Made by a program: the position numbers and the translations under genes
Virus record (IMG/VR): IMGVR_UViG_3300033233_001970
Reading direction: 5' to 3' (one strand)
DNA length: 64,000 nt
Source of the DNA: a virus
Lineage: Duplodnaviria > Caudoviricetes
The notes under the pieces: model-generated
Seen by the model: only the letters and a program-made list of their open reading frames with translations
What the model was told of the DNA's origin: nothing
The model's database searches: none
Shown here: positions 1 to 9,326 of the stretch, piece after piece
Numbering within the stretch: the stretch's first letter is position 1
How the letters are laid out: each line of letters begins with the position of its first letter

Positions 1-1
1 G

Positions 2-256
2 CTTCGCCGTGTGCCTGGAACCCGTGGACGGGTGGAGTTTGCATTCGTGAGGTATTCCACGAAGGAAAAACTGGCGGCGCTCCGGCAGGGGCGCGAATTG
101 CACCACGCCGTCCGCCGCCTTGATCTTCCCCACGGTGAAGCCGCCCTGCGAGTAGCGCACGGCATCGACCCGGCCGCGCAGCTCCTCCACGGGAGTGGCG
201 AGCGCATCCTTCTTCCCGCTCGTCGGAACGAGTGCGAGCGCGTTGTCATTCGCCAT
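2..256 (-). CDS. partial CDS running off the window edge; N-terminus reminiscent of a RecD2-like helicase OB domain
   Basis: ATG at 256, open to the edge; manual translation MANDNALALVPTSGKKDALATPVEELRGRVDAVRYSQGGFTVGKIK resembles the RecD2 N-terminal 'L-G-V-R-I-x-Y...GFTV-x-x-L' pattern, then diverges. Confidence 0.3.
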   Translation of the reverse strand, partial: MANDNALALVPTSGKKDALATPVEELRGRVDAVRYSQGGFTVGKIKAADGVVQFAPLPERRQFFLRGIPHECKLHPSTGSRHTAK

Positions 257-337
257 GACCGCCCGTCCTCTCTTGGCGCGCCGGACCGTCTTCCCGTGGC
301 TCGTCGACGCGAAGCCGCACGCTCATTTTGGCTGCGT

Positions 338-667
338 TCATGGGTAGGTCGCTCCTACGGGCCACTCGCGGCCGGCGTCGTCGGTCAGGAAGACGACGCC
401 CGAGAGGCGCTCGCAGTCGGGCCCGAGGTTTCGCACCTCGGCCTTGATCTCGTGGCGCGCGGCGTTCACGTACAGGATCTGGTGTGTCGGCGCGGGTGAA
501 AATCCCGTGGTGTCCTTTTGGCGATCGTCCAGCACCATGCGGATCGATTGCTCGCCGATCAGGATAGCGGGAAGTCCCGCGTTGACGCTGAACGTCGCGC
601 GCTTGAATTTGCCCGAACGCGTCGGCCTAAAAACGAGCGTGACCACATCGCCGCGCTTGATGTTCAT
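338..667 (-). CDS. hypothetical protein
   Basis: 109-aa ORF coupled by an ATGA overlap to the upstream gene (664). Confidence 0.6.
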   Translation of the reverse strand: MNIKRGDVVTLVFRPTRSGKFKRATFSVNAGLPAILIGEQSIRMVLDDRQKDTTGFSPAPTHQILYVNAARHEIKAEVRNLGPDCERLSGVVFLTDDAGREWPVGATYP

Positions 668-2298
668 GTTTGCACCTCAGGCCGGTACTCCGCGCCGGTT
701 TTCCCGAACGTCGACGCGACGGCGTTCTGGCAGGTGAGCGCCTGCGGATCGCCGAGTGTGCCTTCGTTGTCGAGGAGCGGCCTCAGTTCCGGGTGCACGC
801 GCAGGTGGTAGAGTTTTCGATGCGTTGTGTCCGGCTCCGGCGTCGAGTTCGTCAGCTCGACGACGAGGATCGGCGCCGAATCCTTGCGCGGCACGCGGAG
901 CAGACGGCGAGGATGCCCGAGCGGATCGGTGTCCTCGTGCACGACTTCGGCGCCCCGGTCCGTGACGTAGCGTCCGACGCCATAGCGCTGGAGCATGATG
1001 CGGCGAACCTCTACGTTCATCTCAGAGTCGATGCGCTCGACGGTCAACCGTTCGGGATGCTCGATGATCTCGGCTGGTACACGTACGCCGTTGACGGCGA
1101 AGAGCGCCCATCCGTCGCGCCAGGCGAGGTGCGGGCCGTCGCCCGCGTGTGGGCGATTCCGATCGTCCTTGCGACAGACGGTCGGGAAGTCACTCACGAT
1201 CCAGAATCTCCGATGCTGGAACCGAGGTCCCCCGTGGATCGTCGCAGCCTCGTAATGCGCAAACAGCTCGTATTGCGGCAGATCAAGCTTCGCGACGTGT
1301 CGAAAAAACGAGAGGTAAGCGGTCCACGAGCTCCACATGTTGCCGCCGACCCCATACGATCCCCAATAGCTCGCGCACCGCACCAAATACCTCACTAGGG
1401 TCGGGGTCGCCGCGTAGGTCGCCGCGTCGATCGCCGCGTCGGTCGCCGCGTAGGTCGCCGCGTCGGTCGCCGCGTCGGTCGCCGCGTAGGTCGCCGCGTA
1501 GGTCGCCGCGTCGGTCGCCGCGTAGGTCGCCGCTCGGGTCGCCGCGTCGGTCGCCGCGTAGGTCGCCGCGGAGGTCGCCACTCGGGTCGCCGCGTCGGTC
1601 GCCGCGGAGGTTCCCGCGTAGGTCGCCGCTCGGGTCGCCGCGTCGGTCGCCGCGTCGGTCGCCGCGAAGGTCGCCGCGGAGGTCGCCGCTCGGGTCGCCG
1701 CGGAGGTCGCCGCTCGGGTCGCCGCGGAGGTCGCCGCTCGGGTCGCCGCGGAGGTCGCCACTCGGGTCGCCGCGTCGGTCGCCTCGTAGGTCGCCGCGTA
1801 GGTCGCCGCGTAGGTCGCCGCTCGGATCGCCGCGTAGGTCGCCGCTCGGGTCGCCGCGTCGGTCGCCGCGGAGGTCGCCGCGTCGGTCGCCGCGAAGGTC
1901 GCCGCTCCCAGTCGGGCAGTCGGCGGGGCCTCCACCCGTACCGCCGCCATCCCGTGCGACACGAGGAATGCGCACGCGGGGCCGATCGCGCGGAGCCAAT
2001 CGATCTCACGAGGAGCAAACCCGCACACGGCCAACGCTTCGCGAGGATGCTCCCGCAAATACCAGATTCCAGACGCCACGCTGGCAGCAATGGCACCCGT
2101 GAGCGGTGAGTCGACGAAGATCTCGCGCTCAGCCGGCTCTATCTTCGCCGCACGGTACAGACCGCGCATCGCCACCCGCATGGCCTCGCGATCCGCGCCG
2201 GCCATCGGCGAGGTACGCATCGCGTTGGCGATCCACTTGTCGGCCCAAGGCTTGAGTTGGGCCCGGTGCTCCTTCGTCAGGGTGTTAGTCCGAGACAT
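664..2298 (-). CDS. DUF6745-domain protein with central AATx tetrapeptide repeats
   Basis: C-terminal RPHAGDGPHLAWRDGWALFAVNGVRVP...NVEVRRIMLQRYG...LRVHP...AVASTFG matches the DUF6745 pattern; lies next to its usual RQGDV partner gene. Confidence 0.8.
   Translation of the reverse strand: MSRTNTLTKEHRAQLKPWADKWIANAMRTSPMAGADREAMRVAMRGLYRAAKIEPAEREIFVDSPLTGAIAASVASGIWYLREHPREALAVCGFAPREIDWLRAIGPACAFLVSHGMAAVRVEAPPTARLGAATFAATDAATSAATDAATRAATYAAIRAATYAATYAATYEATDAATRVATSAATRAATSAATRAATSAATRAATSAATFAATDAATDAATRAATYAGTSAATDAATRVATSAATYAATDAATRAATYAATDAATYAATYAATDAATDAATYAATDAAIDAATYAATPTLVRYLVRCASYWGSYGVGGNMWSSWTAYLSFFRHVAKLDLPQYELFAHYEAATIHGGPRFQHRRFWIVSDFPTVCRKDDRNRPHAGDGPHLAWRDGWALFAVNGVRVPAEIIEHPERLTVERIDSEMNVEVRRIMLQRYGVGRYVTDRGAEVVHEDTDPLGHPRRLLRVPRKDSAPILVVELTNSTPEPDTTHRKLYHLRVHPELRPLLDNEGTLGDPQALTCQNAVASTFGKTGAEYRPEVQT
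1405..1905 (-). repeat. 12-bp coding tandem repeat (~40 units, GGTCGCCGCnnn on + strand) encoding A-A-T-[Y/D/R/S/F]
   Basis: directly visible; only the fourth codon of each unit varies substantially. Confidence 0.95.
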
Positions 2299-2629
2299 TT
2301 CGGACCTCCTGCTCGCTGTACTCGCGCTGGATCGACACGCGGTACGTGCCGGGCGGCAGCGCGATCGGCGCGTGCTCCTCGTGCTCCAGCAGTGCGCCCT
2401 CGTCGGTCACTCGAAGCACCGTGTACGCGCTCACGCCCTCGGCGCGGAGGTGACAGACGTTCGGGGAGCGAATCTGATGCGAATGACCAGTTACCTCCCC
2501 GTACGCGAGCACAACAGCGCCATTGTCGCGCGGTATCTCTTTGCTCGCGTCGAGGGTGTCGGTAGTCGCTTCGACGAAGACGTCGCCCTGTCGAATCATG
2601 AACGGCAGTGCCTTGATCTTCTTCTTCAC
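2285..2629 (-). CDS. RQGDV-motif small beta-rich protein (DUF6745 partner)
   Basis: RQGDV...LAYGEVTGHSH...LEHEEH...LPPGTYRVSIQREY conserved motif set. Confidence 0.8.
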   Translation of the reverse strand: MKKKIKALPFMIRQGDVFVEATTDTLDASKEIPRDNGAVVLAYGEVTGHSHQIRSPNVCHLRAEGVSAYTVLRVTDEGALLEHEEHAPIALPPGTYRVSIQREYSEQEVRNVSD

Positions 2630-2779
2630 GGTGTCCTCCTGAATCGATTTTCAACTCCCACACGTACACGGATTTCGGATCCGGTACGTAGAGCAGATCG
2701 CCGGCACGTCGCTTCTCGACGAGGCGAGCGTGCTCCTTTTCGGACTCGGACGCCACGATCGAGAGTATGTCGGTGCGGT

Positions 2780-2998
2780 TCATTTTTCGGCCTCGCGATT
2801 TTCGACGGCGAGTGTCGGGTCGCAGATTTTGTAGATCGCGACTTCGGCGAGACCAATGCACGCGCGGGCCTTGTCTAGCTCTTTCAGTGCGCGCTCGACT
2901 TCGCCCGCTTCGAGCGCGTGAAGAACGCTCTCGATCCAGTTTTCGACCTCGCGAGCGGCGTCGCGCGCTTTCTTGGCGCTGGCTTCGTCGATGATCAT
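2780..2998 (-). CDS. hypothetical protein
   Basis: 72 aa, overlapping start/stop coupling on both sides. Confidence 0.55.
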   Translation of the reverse strand: MIIDEASAKKARDAAREVENWIESVLHALEAGEVERALKELDKARACIGLAEVAIYKICDPTLAVENREAEK

Positions 2999-3276
2999 TT
3001 TGATTTCTCCAGTTGGATCGGAAATTCGACGAGGTGTTCACTCGCTTGCGCTTCGAGTTTCGGAATCACTTCCTTGGTCGCGTCCTCGGCGAGCTTTCGC
3101 AACTGGACGGCCGCGTCATCTTTGCCCTGACGAAAGAGATCGACCGCTTTTTCTCGCAACCACGCGACGACTGCGAGGGCGCCGGGTCGGTGACCGTCGA
3201 GCCATTTCTGAGTCGATAGGTTGTCGTACGAGTAACGATTCCCGTCTTTGTCTTTCAGGATTGTGTCGCGGCTCAT
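2995..3276 (-). CDS. hypothetical protein
   Basis: 93 aa, coupled in operon. Confidence 0.6.
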   Translation of the reverse strand: MSRDTILKDKDGNRYSYDNLSTQKWLDGHRPGALAVVAWLREKAVDLFRQGKDDAAVQLRKLAEDATKEVIPKLEAQASEHLVEFPIQLEKSK

Positions 3277-3458
3277 AACGACTCCGACTCCGTTGCGGCG
3301 GCAATGAATGCCAACGCTGCATTTTCCGCTTCGCTGACAGAGCTATGCGATAACGGAAATTCCGCAATCACCTTGTCTTGATCGCCGTTATCATCCACGG
3401 TGAAAACGATCACGCGCGGAATTTCAGCACTGACGGCGGTGTGGAAATCCAGATTCAT
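3273..3458 (-). CDS. hypothetical protein (MNLDFHTAV...)
   Basis: internal ATG at 3458 overlapping the stop of the upstream gene. Confidence 0.5.
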   Translation of the reverse strand: MNLDFHTAVSAEIPRVIVFTVDDNGDQDKVIAEFPLSHSSVSEAENAALAFIAAATESESL

Positions 3459-4078
3459 TTCCCGAACTCCCTCGCGAGCACGCTGTACGCCGCGTTGACT
3501 TTCTTGAGCGCCTCGGTCGCCCCTTCGAGCGTCATGCCCGTCACGCCGATACGATCGGGATGGCACGCCACCGCTTTCGCGCGGTACGCTTTTGTGATCT
3601 CGGCCCACGTTGCGCTTTTGCCGATGCCGAGAATTTGTCGAGGCGTTTTGTTGCCGCCGTGGAGAATTTCCTGAGCTTCTTCGAAGCCCATGCGCGCATG
3701 GAAAGCGCCGGTCCAATCCTCGGCGCTGCCGTAGCCCTCGACTTCGGGATCGTAGCGCTTGCGCGCGGCGTCGATGTCCGCGAATGTCCGCTTCTTTTTC
3801 GTGGTTGCTTTCATCGTTACTCCGGGGACCAACTCGCCGAGCGTGGCATCGATCGCCTTGTGGCGTTGCTCGTCCGTGAGCGTAATGCATAGCTCGCGCG
3901 TGATCGCGCGAACGATACGCACGGCATTGTCGATCTCTTGCCAAGTGAAACCGCAACCGCCGCAGCCCGTCACGTCAGACTCGAAGCGTTCGGTGCCGCA
4001 GTTGGCGCACCGCTCCGGTTCGGGCGGTGGCCCTTCACTCCACGGCGGATCGCGATCGTAGGGGCCTTGTGTGTTCAT
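3455..4078 (-). CDS. Zn-ribbon plus DnaJ (J-domain) protein
   Basis: ATG 4078 (ATGA overlap); CANC...CGGC; C-terminal PRQILGI...EITKAYRAKAVACHPDR...KKVNAAYSVL with the HPD motif. Confidence 0.8.
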   Translation of the reverse strand: MNTQGPYDRDPPWSEGPPPEPERCANCGTERFESDVTGCGGCGFTWQEIDNAVRIVRAITRELCITLTDEQRHKAIDATLGELVPGVTMKATTKKKRTFADIDAARKRYDPEVEGYGSAEDWTGAFHARMGFEEAQEILHGGNKTPRQILGIGKSATWAEITKAYRAKAVACHPDRIGVTGMTLEGATEALKKVNAAYSVLAREFGK

Positions 4079-4410
4079 CTGCCCGTGCCGACCTTTTCGT
4101 ACGATTCGATCTTGGGCTCGACGTCGAGCGCTTCGCACGCGGCCAAATAGGCGTCGGCGAGGTCGCACCATTCTTCGTCGCCAGCGGGGGCAAGTTCGCC
4201 GTCTTCGAACTCGACGAGTCCGCCTGTAGCGTTGATCGTATCGACGAGAGCGAGTAGAGCTTTTTCCGCCTTCGTTTCCGTTTCGAACTCGGTAGCCGCG
4301 ACGCGCAAATCTTCGATGACGTGTTCGAACTCGGCAGCATTGAGGTCGCCATGAGTTTCGAGCGCGGCGGCGCCGCGAATGAGCAGATCGTGAAGACCCT
4401 TGCGTTTCAT
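4075..4410 (-). CDS. hypothetical protein
   Basis: 111 aa, acidic, coupled. Confidence 0.6.
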   Translation of the reverse strand: MKRKGLHDLLIRGAAALETHGDLNAAEFEHVIEDLRVAATEFETETKAEKALLALVDTINATGGLVEFEDGELAPAGDEEWCDLADAYLAACEALDVEPKIESYEKVGTGR

Positions 4411-4943
4411 TTTTTCGACTCCGATTCGTTCGAGACGGCGGGTAAACGTGCGCCTTGCTCACGTTGCGAGCATTGCAGCTTGTGATCGTTGACGATGCCG
4501 CATTCACGGCACACTGACGCCGCGTTCTTAACGCCGTCGTCTGTAAGATCACGAAACAATCGACGATCTTCGATCTCGAAAGATTCGTCGGTTGACTCTT
4601 CGTAGAGCGCGAGCGCGTCGCCGTACCGGCCGGCTTTGATGTGATTGACGATTTGGGTCCGAACGTCCTCGTTCTCTTCGAACGTCGAATGAATCTCTTC
4701 GTTGAGAGTGTCTAGTACCGTCATGCACGCGCCGCGATAGGCGTTCTCCGCCGTGTCGTAGACGCCGCAGTCGGTACCGAATCGGTGATGGTAGAGACAG
4801 ACGAAGACGTGTGACGGCGCGACCTGCGCTCTGAGAGATTTGATACAGTCGTCCGCGTAGTGACCTCGGACGTGGCCGATTTGATCCCCGCAGCGCGGAC
4901 AGCGCCCGTCAGAATCCGCCCACTGTTCGTGATCTTCGCTCAT
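4407..4943 (-). CDS. hypothetical protein with Cys/His motifs
   Basis: ATG 4943 overlapping upstream stop; CPRC...H...C and CREC...H...C. Confidence 0.6.
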   Translation of the reverse strand: MSEDHEQWADSDGRCPRCGDQIGHVRGHYADDCIKSLRAQVAPSHVFVCLYHHRFGTDCGVYDTAENAYRGACMTVLDTLNEEIHSTFEENEDVRTQIVNHIKAGRYGDALALYEESTDESFEIEDRRLFRDLTDDGVKNAASVCRECGIVNDHKLQCSQREQGARLPAVSNESESKK

Positions 4944-5242
4944 GGTTTCTGTACTTTTTCGAGCTTCGCCTCCAAGGCGTCGCAATCTTTGATTTCTTCC
5001 GCTTTCTCGTCGTCGTCTGATCCTGGCTCCATGACGAACCCGTCCCTTCGGTAGTGGTCGTCTGAAAGTTGCCAGTAACGATGCGAGTCGAGCGCGTCGG
5101 TGAGGAGAACGATTTCGGCCTCGGTGAGCTCGACGATGAATTTCTTCGGTGCTGATTTTTTCGCCTTCTTCTTCGGCGATTTTGACGCCAAACATGTCGG
5201 CTTCGGCAAAGGTGACGCAGCGGGTTTTCGTTTCAGGCTCAT
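4940..5242 (-). CDS. hypothetical protein
   Basis: ATG 5242 overlapping upstream stop. Confidence 0.55.
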   Translation of the reverse strand: MSLKRKPAASPLPKPTCLASKSPKKKAKKSAPKKFIVELTEAEIVLLTDALDSHRYWQLSDDHYRRDGFVMEPGSDDDEKAEEIKDCDALEAKLEKVQKP

Positions 5243-5481
5243 TTCGCCAGTACCTCGTACGGTTTGTTTCCGCCAGGCAGACCGAGCGCCGTCAAATGTT
5301 TGCACTTGCGGTGTTTGATCCACCCGAAGCACGAGCAGCCCCACCACCGACCACTCTTGCTTTGCGCGATGGTGTAAACGCGGTCGCTCGACTCGGAGCG
5401 AATCTCGAATCGGTTCGTGAACGTCGCGTTGTCGGGAAGCAGCGCATCGACTTGGCGGCGGATTTTCGCGAGAGTGGTCAT
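5239..5481 (-). CDS. SWIM zinc-finger protein
   Basis: WGCSCFGW...CKHL = CxCx(n)CxH SWIM motif. Confidence 0.75.
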   Translation of the reverse strand: MTTLAKIRRQVDALLPDNATFTNRFEIRSESSDRVYTIAQSKSGRWWGCSCFGWIKHRKCKHLTALGLPGGNKPYEVLAK

Positions 5482-5981
5482 TTTGATTCTCCGTTTTTGC
5501 GAAGCTGATCGATCTCCGAGCAGAGCCCCGCGATGGCGTCGGCGATTTGACGCGAATTCTTTGGACTAACCTGTACGTCGGTAGGCCAAGGGATATGCAT
5601 CGGCGCGCCGCAGCGAGAACATTTTTGATTTCGATCCGTTCCGCAGACTTCGCGCGTACGGTCAACGATGTCTGCGCTCTCTCGGAGGTTCGATTCGAAT
5701 TCTCGAGCCCGCGCGATCATGGCGAGCTTGTCGCTCTCCATTTGCTTCTCGAACTCTTCGGCTGTCGCTGTGTTGAGATAGCGTTTGATGTGGTGAACCG
5801 ACGAGGCTGATACAGCTTCGCTGTGTCCAACAGCATGAACCCGAGGATTGGTCTTTCGGCAGCCGCAGAGAACCTTGTCATCGTGTTTCGGCGAGTCGAT
5901 CACGCGCTCGGTGTACGGGCATTTGTGAAAGTCGCAGAGCGCGGAGGCGAGCGCGAGCCGAGCGGTTCGATCGAAGCTCAT
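5478..5981 (-). CDS. hypothetical protein
   Basis: 167 aa, coupled. Confidence 0.55.
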   Translation of the reverse strand: MSFDRTARLALASALCDFHKCPYTERVIDSPKHDDKVLCGCRKTNPRVHAVGHSEAVSASSVHHIKRYLNTATAEEFEKQMESDKLAMIARAREFESNLRESADIVDRTREVCGTDRNQKCSRCGAPMHIPWPTDVQVSPKNSRQIADAIAGLCSEIDQLRKNGESK

Positions 5982-6154
5982 TTTTTTTCTTTCTCTAGCT
6001 CGCGGCGCCAGTCGCCATCGCTCGATTTTAGTTTTCGAATTTCAGAAGCGAAATAGCTTGCGTCCAGACCGATGCCTTTTTCGCGTCGTAATTCCTCGAC
6101 GCGGAGCGCGGCGGCTTCGAACGCAGCGTCAGCGCTCGCTGCTTTCTTATCCAT
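5978..6154 (-). CDS. hypothetical protein (MDKKAAS...)
   Basis: internal ATG at 6154. Confidence 0.45.
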   Translation of the reverse strand: MDKKAASADAAFEAAALRVEELRREKGIGLDASYFASEIRKLKSSDGDWRRELEKEKK

Positions 6155-6407
6155 TTTTCGCCGCCTTTCGCCGTTCTGCTTTTTTCGCCGCCTTCGCGAG
6201 CCTCTTCTGTCGAAGCTCGAACGCGACGCATGCCTTGACCACGAGGTCGGCCACGGCGTCGAGCGTGAGGCTGTAGGTGCGCCTACGGCGCAGCGGACGC
6301 ACCTCGAACATGGGTAGGGCGTCTCGGCTGATCGTGACGGTGCCCGCCTGCACGCGGCTAGCGTCGTCAAGGCGTCCGGTGACGCGGAAACGCGCGACTC
6401 GGCTCAT
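6147..6407 (-). CDS. small basic hypothetical protein, first gene after a sigma70-type promoter
   Basis: strong RBS AAGGGGAACGAACC-ATG. Confidence 0.65.
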   Translation of the reverse strand: MSRVARFRVTGRLDDASRVQAGTVTISRDALPMFEVRPLRRRRTYSLTLDAVADLVVKACVAFELRQKRLAKAAKKAERRKAAKNG

Positions 6408-6439
6408 GGTTCGTTCCCCTTACTGAGCGTGACCCCCTA

Positions 6440-6468
6440 ATGGTACACACTACGAGGTCGGCTGTCAA
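6440..6468 (-). promoter_or_regulatory. sigma70-type promoter TTGACA-N17-TACCAT
   Basis: perfect -35, 17-bp spacer and TAnnnT -10 in an intergenic gap. Confidence 0.75.
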
Positions 6469-6472
6469 GTCC

Positions 6473-6769
6473 CTAGTAGTAGTTGTCCGGTTCGTCCGGT
6501 TCGTCGGGCTCTGAATCTTGTGCGGCGAGCCGCAGCTTATCCTCGGCATCTTTGGTCTCCGTGTCCGAAAGTTCGCCGTCCCACGGGCTTCCCGTGTTCG
6601 TGACGACCTCGACGATTTCGGGTTCGCCGCCTTCGTCGGGCGAACAGTTCTCGGGAAGTCGGTTCGTGATTGCGCGTCGGTACGCGCTGACGTTGCCGCG
6701 CACGAGCAACTCGATTTCGTCGGAGTCGCGCTCGATGTAAAACGGTACTTCGAACTGGAATTTGATCAT
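6473..6769 (-). CDS. acidic hypothetical protein
   Basis: ATG 6769 overlapping upstream stop. Confidence 0.55.
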   Translation of the reverse strand: MIKFQFEVPFYIERDSDEIELLVRGNVSAYRRAITNRLPENCSPDEGGEPEIVEVVTNTGSPWDGELSDTETKDAEDKLRLAAQDSEPDEPDEPDNYY

Positions 6770-7032
6770 GGCACGTACACCACCTCTGTTCCACGCTCCT
6801 CCGCGAGCTGATTCTCGACACGGAGAAAGGCTTGTGACTCCGCGATGAGCGCCATGCGTTTGCAGCCGGGTTCGTGCGCTCCTTCGCTTTCGAGCGCATG
6901 GCACTCGGGGCAACAGGCGACATACTCTGGGTGACAATGGCAGCCTTGTCGGGCCTGCCCTAGCCACTCACCGTCGATTGCAAGCTGCAACAGATCGGCG
7001 ACGATGTGGCTGATTCCTTTCACGGGCGTCAC
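6766..7032 (-). CDS. hypothetical protein (Cys/His rich)
   Basis: 88 aa, coupled. Confidence 0.55.
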   Translation of the reverse strand: MTPVKGISHIVADLLQLAIDGEWLGQARQGCHCHPEYVACCPECHALESEGAHEPGCKRMALIAESQAFLRVENQLAEERGTEVVYVP

Positions 7033-7850
7033 TCATAATCGCGCACCGCAATGAATCTCGGCGCGCGCGGCTTTCCTGTAGTCGAAAGCGCGTCGTATCG
7101 AATCGTGACGCGCGCACCGACCTTCGGAGGATTCTTGCACTCGTCTACGTCGAGCCCGCTCCCTACGTTGAACTCGACGCCGTTAGGGAACTTGCAGACT
7201 AGCGCGCCGATGACGCCCGCGCGCGATCCTTTGCCTTGCGTGTAGCCGGTCACGACGGCCTCGGCGTCGTGCGTAACTTTGACCTTGAGAAGCGTCATCG
7301 AACGCGCGCAGGCGTAGAGCGATCGGGCGCGTCGAAGCATGATCCCTTCGCCGTCCGCGTCGCGAACCTTTTCGAACGTTTCCTCGAAATGTGCTCGCGA
7401 ACGGCAAAGCGTCTGCTCGACCATGCGAACATGCACCGCGCCGACGTAGCTCACGAGCCGCGCGAGATTCGAGAGGCGTGCCTCGAAAGGAATCTTCCCG
7501 ATCGCGCCGTGCGAAAAATTCGTCACGTCTGGCGCGTCGAACGCCATGTAGCGAATGCTCGACCATTCACGCGAGCTTGCTCGGTCGGATTTCACGATTC
7601 CGACGATGCGCTGAAATTCTTTGTAGCCACGATCGGGGCCGCAAAGCTCACCGTCGAGAACTTCGCCGCGAGGAAAGCGATTGACGAACTCGGCGGGCGC
7701 CGCGATGACGTGCCAATGTTCGCGCGTGCGCAGATGGGAGCCGTCCCAAATGGCGCGTACACCGTCGAGTTTTTCGCTCATGTAGTGACCCGTTGGGTCG
7801 ATCGTCGTGTTGTACGTCTCGGCGAGGAGGACGCGATCTTTGGAGGACAT
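7029..7850 (-). CDS. lig: minimal ATP-dependent DNA ligase
   Basis: motif I SEKLDGVR, LDGEL, FDAP, EGIMLR, LLKVK, C-terminal OB domain (VGSG...PRAPRF). Confidence 0.92.
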   Translation of the reverse strand: MSSKDRVLLAETYNTTIDPTGHYMSEKLDGVRAIWDGSHLRTREHWHVIAAPAEFVNRFPRGEVLDGELCGPDRGYKEFQRIVGIVKSDRASSREWSSIRYMAFDAPDVTNFSHGAIGKIPFEARLSNLARLVSYVGAVHVRMVEQTLCRSRAHFEETFEKVRDADGEGIMLRRARSLYACARSMTLLKVKVTHDAEAVVTGYTQGKGSRAGVIGALVCKFPNGVEFNVGSGLDVDECKNPPKVGARVTIRYDALSTTGKPRAPRFIAVRDYE

Positions 7851-7852
7851 TT

Positions 7853-8347
7853 CTATTTCCTCCCCCTTGCCGTTTTCTTCGCTTTCGGCGTTTTCTTCGC
7901 GACGTCTTCGACGTCTCCGACATTGAAATCGTACGTCTCGCCCAAAAGACGCGAAAGTTTCTCGCAGACTTCTTTCGGGTCGCCGCCTAGCTCTTTAACG
8001 GGCCATCCGTGAAAGAGATCGCGAATCATCGCTCGCGCGTGCCTCAGTACCTCGGCGTCGTCGTGCATGAAGCGAGCACGAATCGGTGACTCCGCGAAAA
8101 TCTTGCTGTCGCCGATGTCGGCGGCAAAATCGCGCTCGCACTTGTCGCAGTAGAAAATTGCGCGACCGTGGATGTCGCGATCCGCTTCCTGACCGTCCCA
8201 ATTCACCCTTGTTTCGCCGGAATATTCGAGCGTCTTTTTGCCTTTGTCGTCGCACTTCTCTAGGAACGCGAGGCAACCGGGAATCGTTTCACTCGTCGCG
8301 ATCGGCAGTTCACCGCACGTCGGGCATTTTACGAGTGGAAAACTCAT
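7853..8347 (-). CDS. Zn-ribbon hypothetical protein
   Basis: ATG 8347; CPTC...CDKC. Confidence 0.55.
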   Translation of the reverse strand: MSFPLVKCPTCGELPIATSETIPGCLAFLEKCDDKGKKTLEYSGETRVNWDGQEADRDIHGRAIFYCDKCERDFAADIGDSKIFAESPIRARFMHDDAEVLRHARAMIRDLFHGWPVKELGGDPKEVCEKLSRLLGETYDFNVGDVEDVAKKTPKAKKTARGRK

Positions 8348-8559
8348 GGGCTCACCTTTGGAGCGAAACGTGTTTCCGTTTCCGTAACGGCTTCGGTCAA
8401 CGTGCGAACGGCGCAGAGCGAGCGACCGCACATCACGCACCGACCACCATCGATGCACATTTTTGTGTGACGCGCGCCGCACGCAGGACAATGCTTTCCG
8501 AGCCAACTGAAGAGCGCTTTTGCGACGCTGCGCGCCTCTCCCCAAGATGTGATTTTCAT
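8344..8559 (-). CDS. small Cys-rich hypothetical protein
   Basis: 71 aa, coupled. Confidence 0.45.
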   Translation of the reverse strand: MKITSWGEARSVAKALFSWLGKHCPACGARHTKMCIDGGRCVMCGRSLCAVRTLTEAVTETETRFAPKVSP

Positions 8560-8894
8560 GGTGCCCTCTGGTAATCGGTCACGATGAACGCGGCGAGGTC
8601 GCGCACGATGCCGCGCAGATCGCGAATGTTTTCTCGTAGCTCGCGATCGGTGTAACCGGCGAATTTCCGCAGATCGTTGGTTGAGCCGTGCAGCGTAGGC
8701 GCGAATACTTTTTCTCCGCGCAGCATACGGTACTGTTTTTCGAGATCGCGCTTGAGCCCCTCTAGGGCATCCTCGGCGATTTCTTGCTTCGGGTACCGTT
8801 GTCCTGCGAAGTAGAATGAGCCTACGGCGTAGACGGGATCGCCACTGGACGAATGCCAGTGTTGCATACGCTCGCCGAGATCGACGCGATTCAC
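8556..8894 (-). CDS. hypothetical protein
   Basis: GTG 8894 overlapping upstream stop; WHSSSGDPVYAVGS motif. Confidence 0.55.
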   Translation of the reverse strand: MNRVDLGERMQHWHSSSGDPVYAVGSFYFAGQRYPKQEIAEDALEGLKRDLEKQYRMLRGEKVFAPTLHGSTNDLRKFAGYTDRELRENIRDLRGIVRDLAAFIVTDYQRAP

Positions 8895-9316
8895 GACGCC
8901 ACCTTGACGGGCTCGTCGCCGATTTCGTAGTCGTCGAGCATTTTGGCGAAGCCAGACGCCGCCTCGCTTACGTGCTCTTGACGTCCGTAGTTTGTCCACT
9001 CTTCGACCGTGTAGCGCGACGGTTTCCTACGGAGCGAGGCAAACTCACAGAACGATTGTACGTGACCGGCGAGATTCGGAAACTCGCACGACCAGTGCAT
9101 CAGATCGAATCGGCCTTCGTACGTTTCGCCGTCAGCGAACGTGATTTTGAAATCGCATTTGTCGTAGCCGCCGTTTTTCGGCGCGGTATGCGACCAACGC
9201 ATCAGTGTTTCGTTGGCCCGTTGCCAAACGCGCTCACCCTCGATTGCGGGAGCAGGGCCGCATTCATCGGCGAAGCCCTCGGCGCGGTACAATTCAATTT
9301 TGATGGCTCGGATCAT
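8891..9316 (-). CDS. LPD25 (large polyvalent protein-associated domain 25)-like protein
   Basis: GGYDKCDFKITFADGETYEGRFDL signature. Confidence 0.7.
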   Translation of the reverse strand: MIRAIKIELYRAEGFADECGPAPAIEGERVWQRANETLMRWSHTAPKNGGYDKCDFKITFADGETYEGRFDLMHWSCEFPNLAGHVQSFCEFASLRRKPSRYTVEEWTNYGRQEHVSEAASGFAKMLDDYEIGDEPVKVAS

Positions 9317-9326
9317 TTTCGCCTCT

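Noticed and set aside
1405-1905. Possible CRISPR or guide array
   Set aside because: Contiguous in-frame 12-bp coding repeat without spacers.
1149-2102. Long SPRR / GDLR / RRPT repeat ORFs
   Set aside because: Shadow frames of the 12-bp repeat in the DUF6745 gene.
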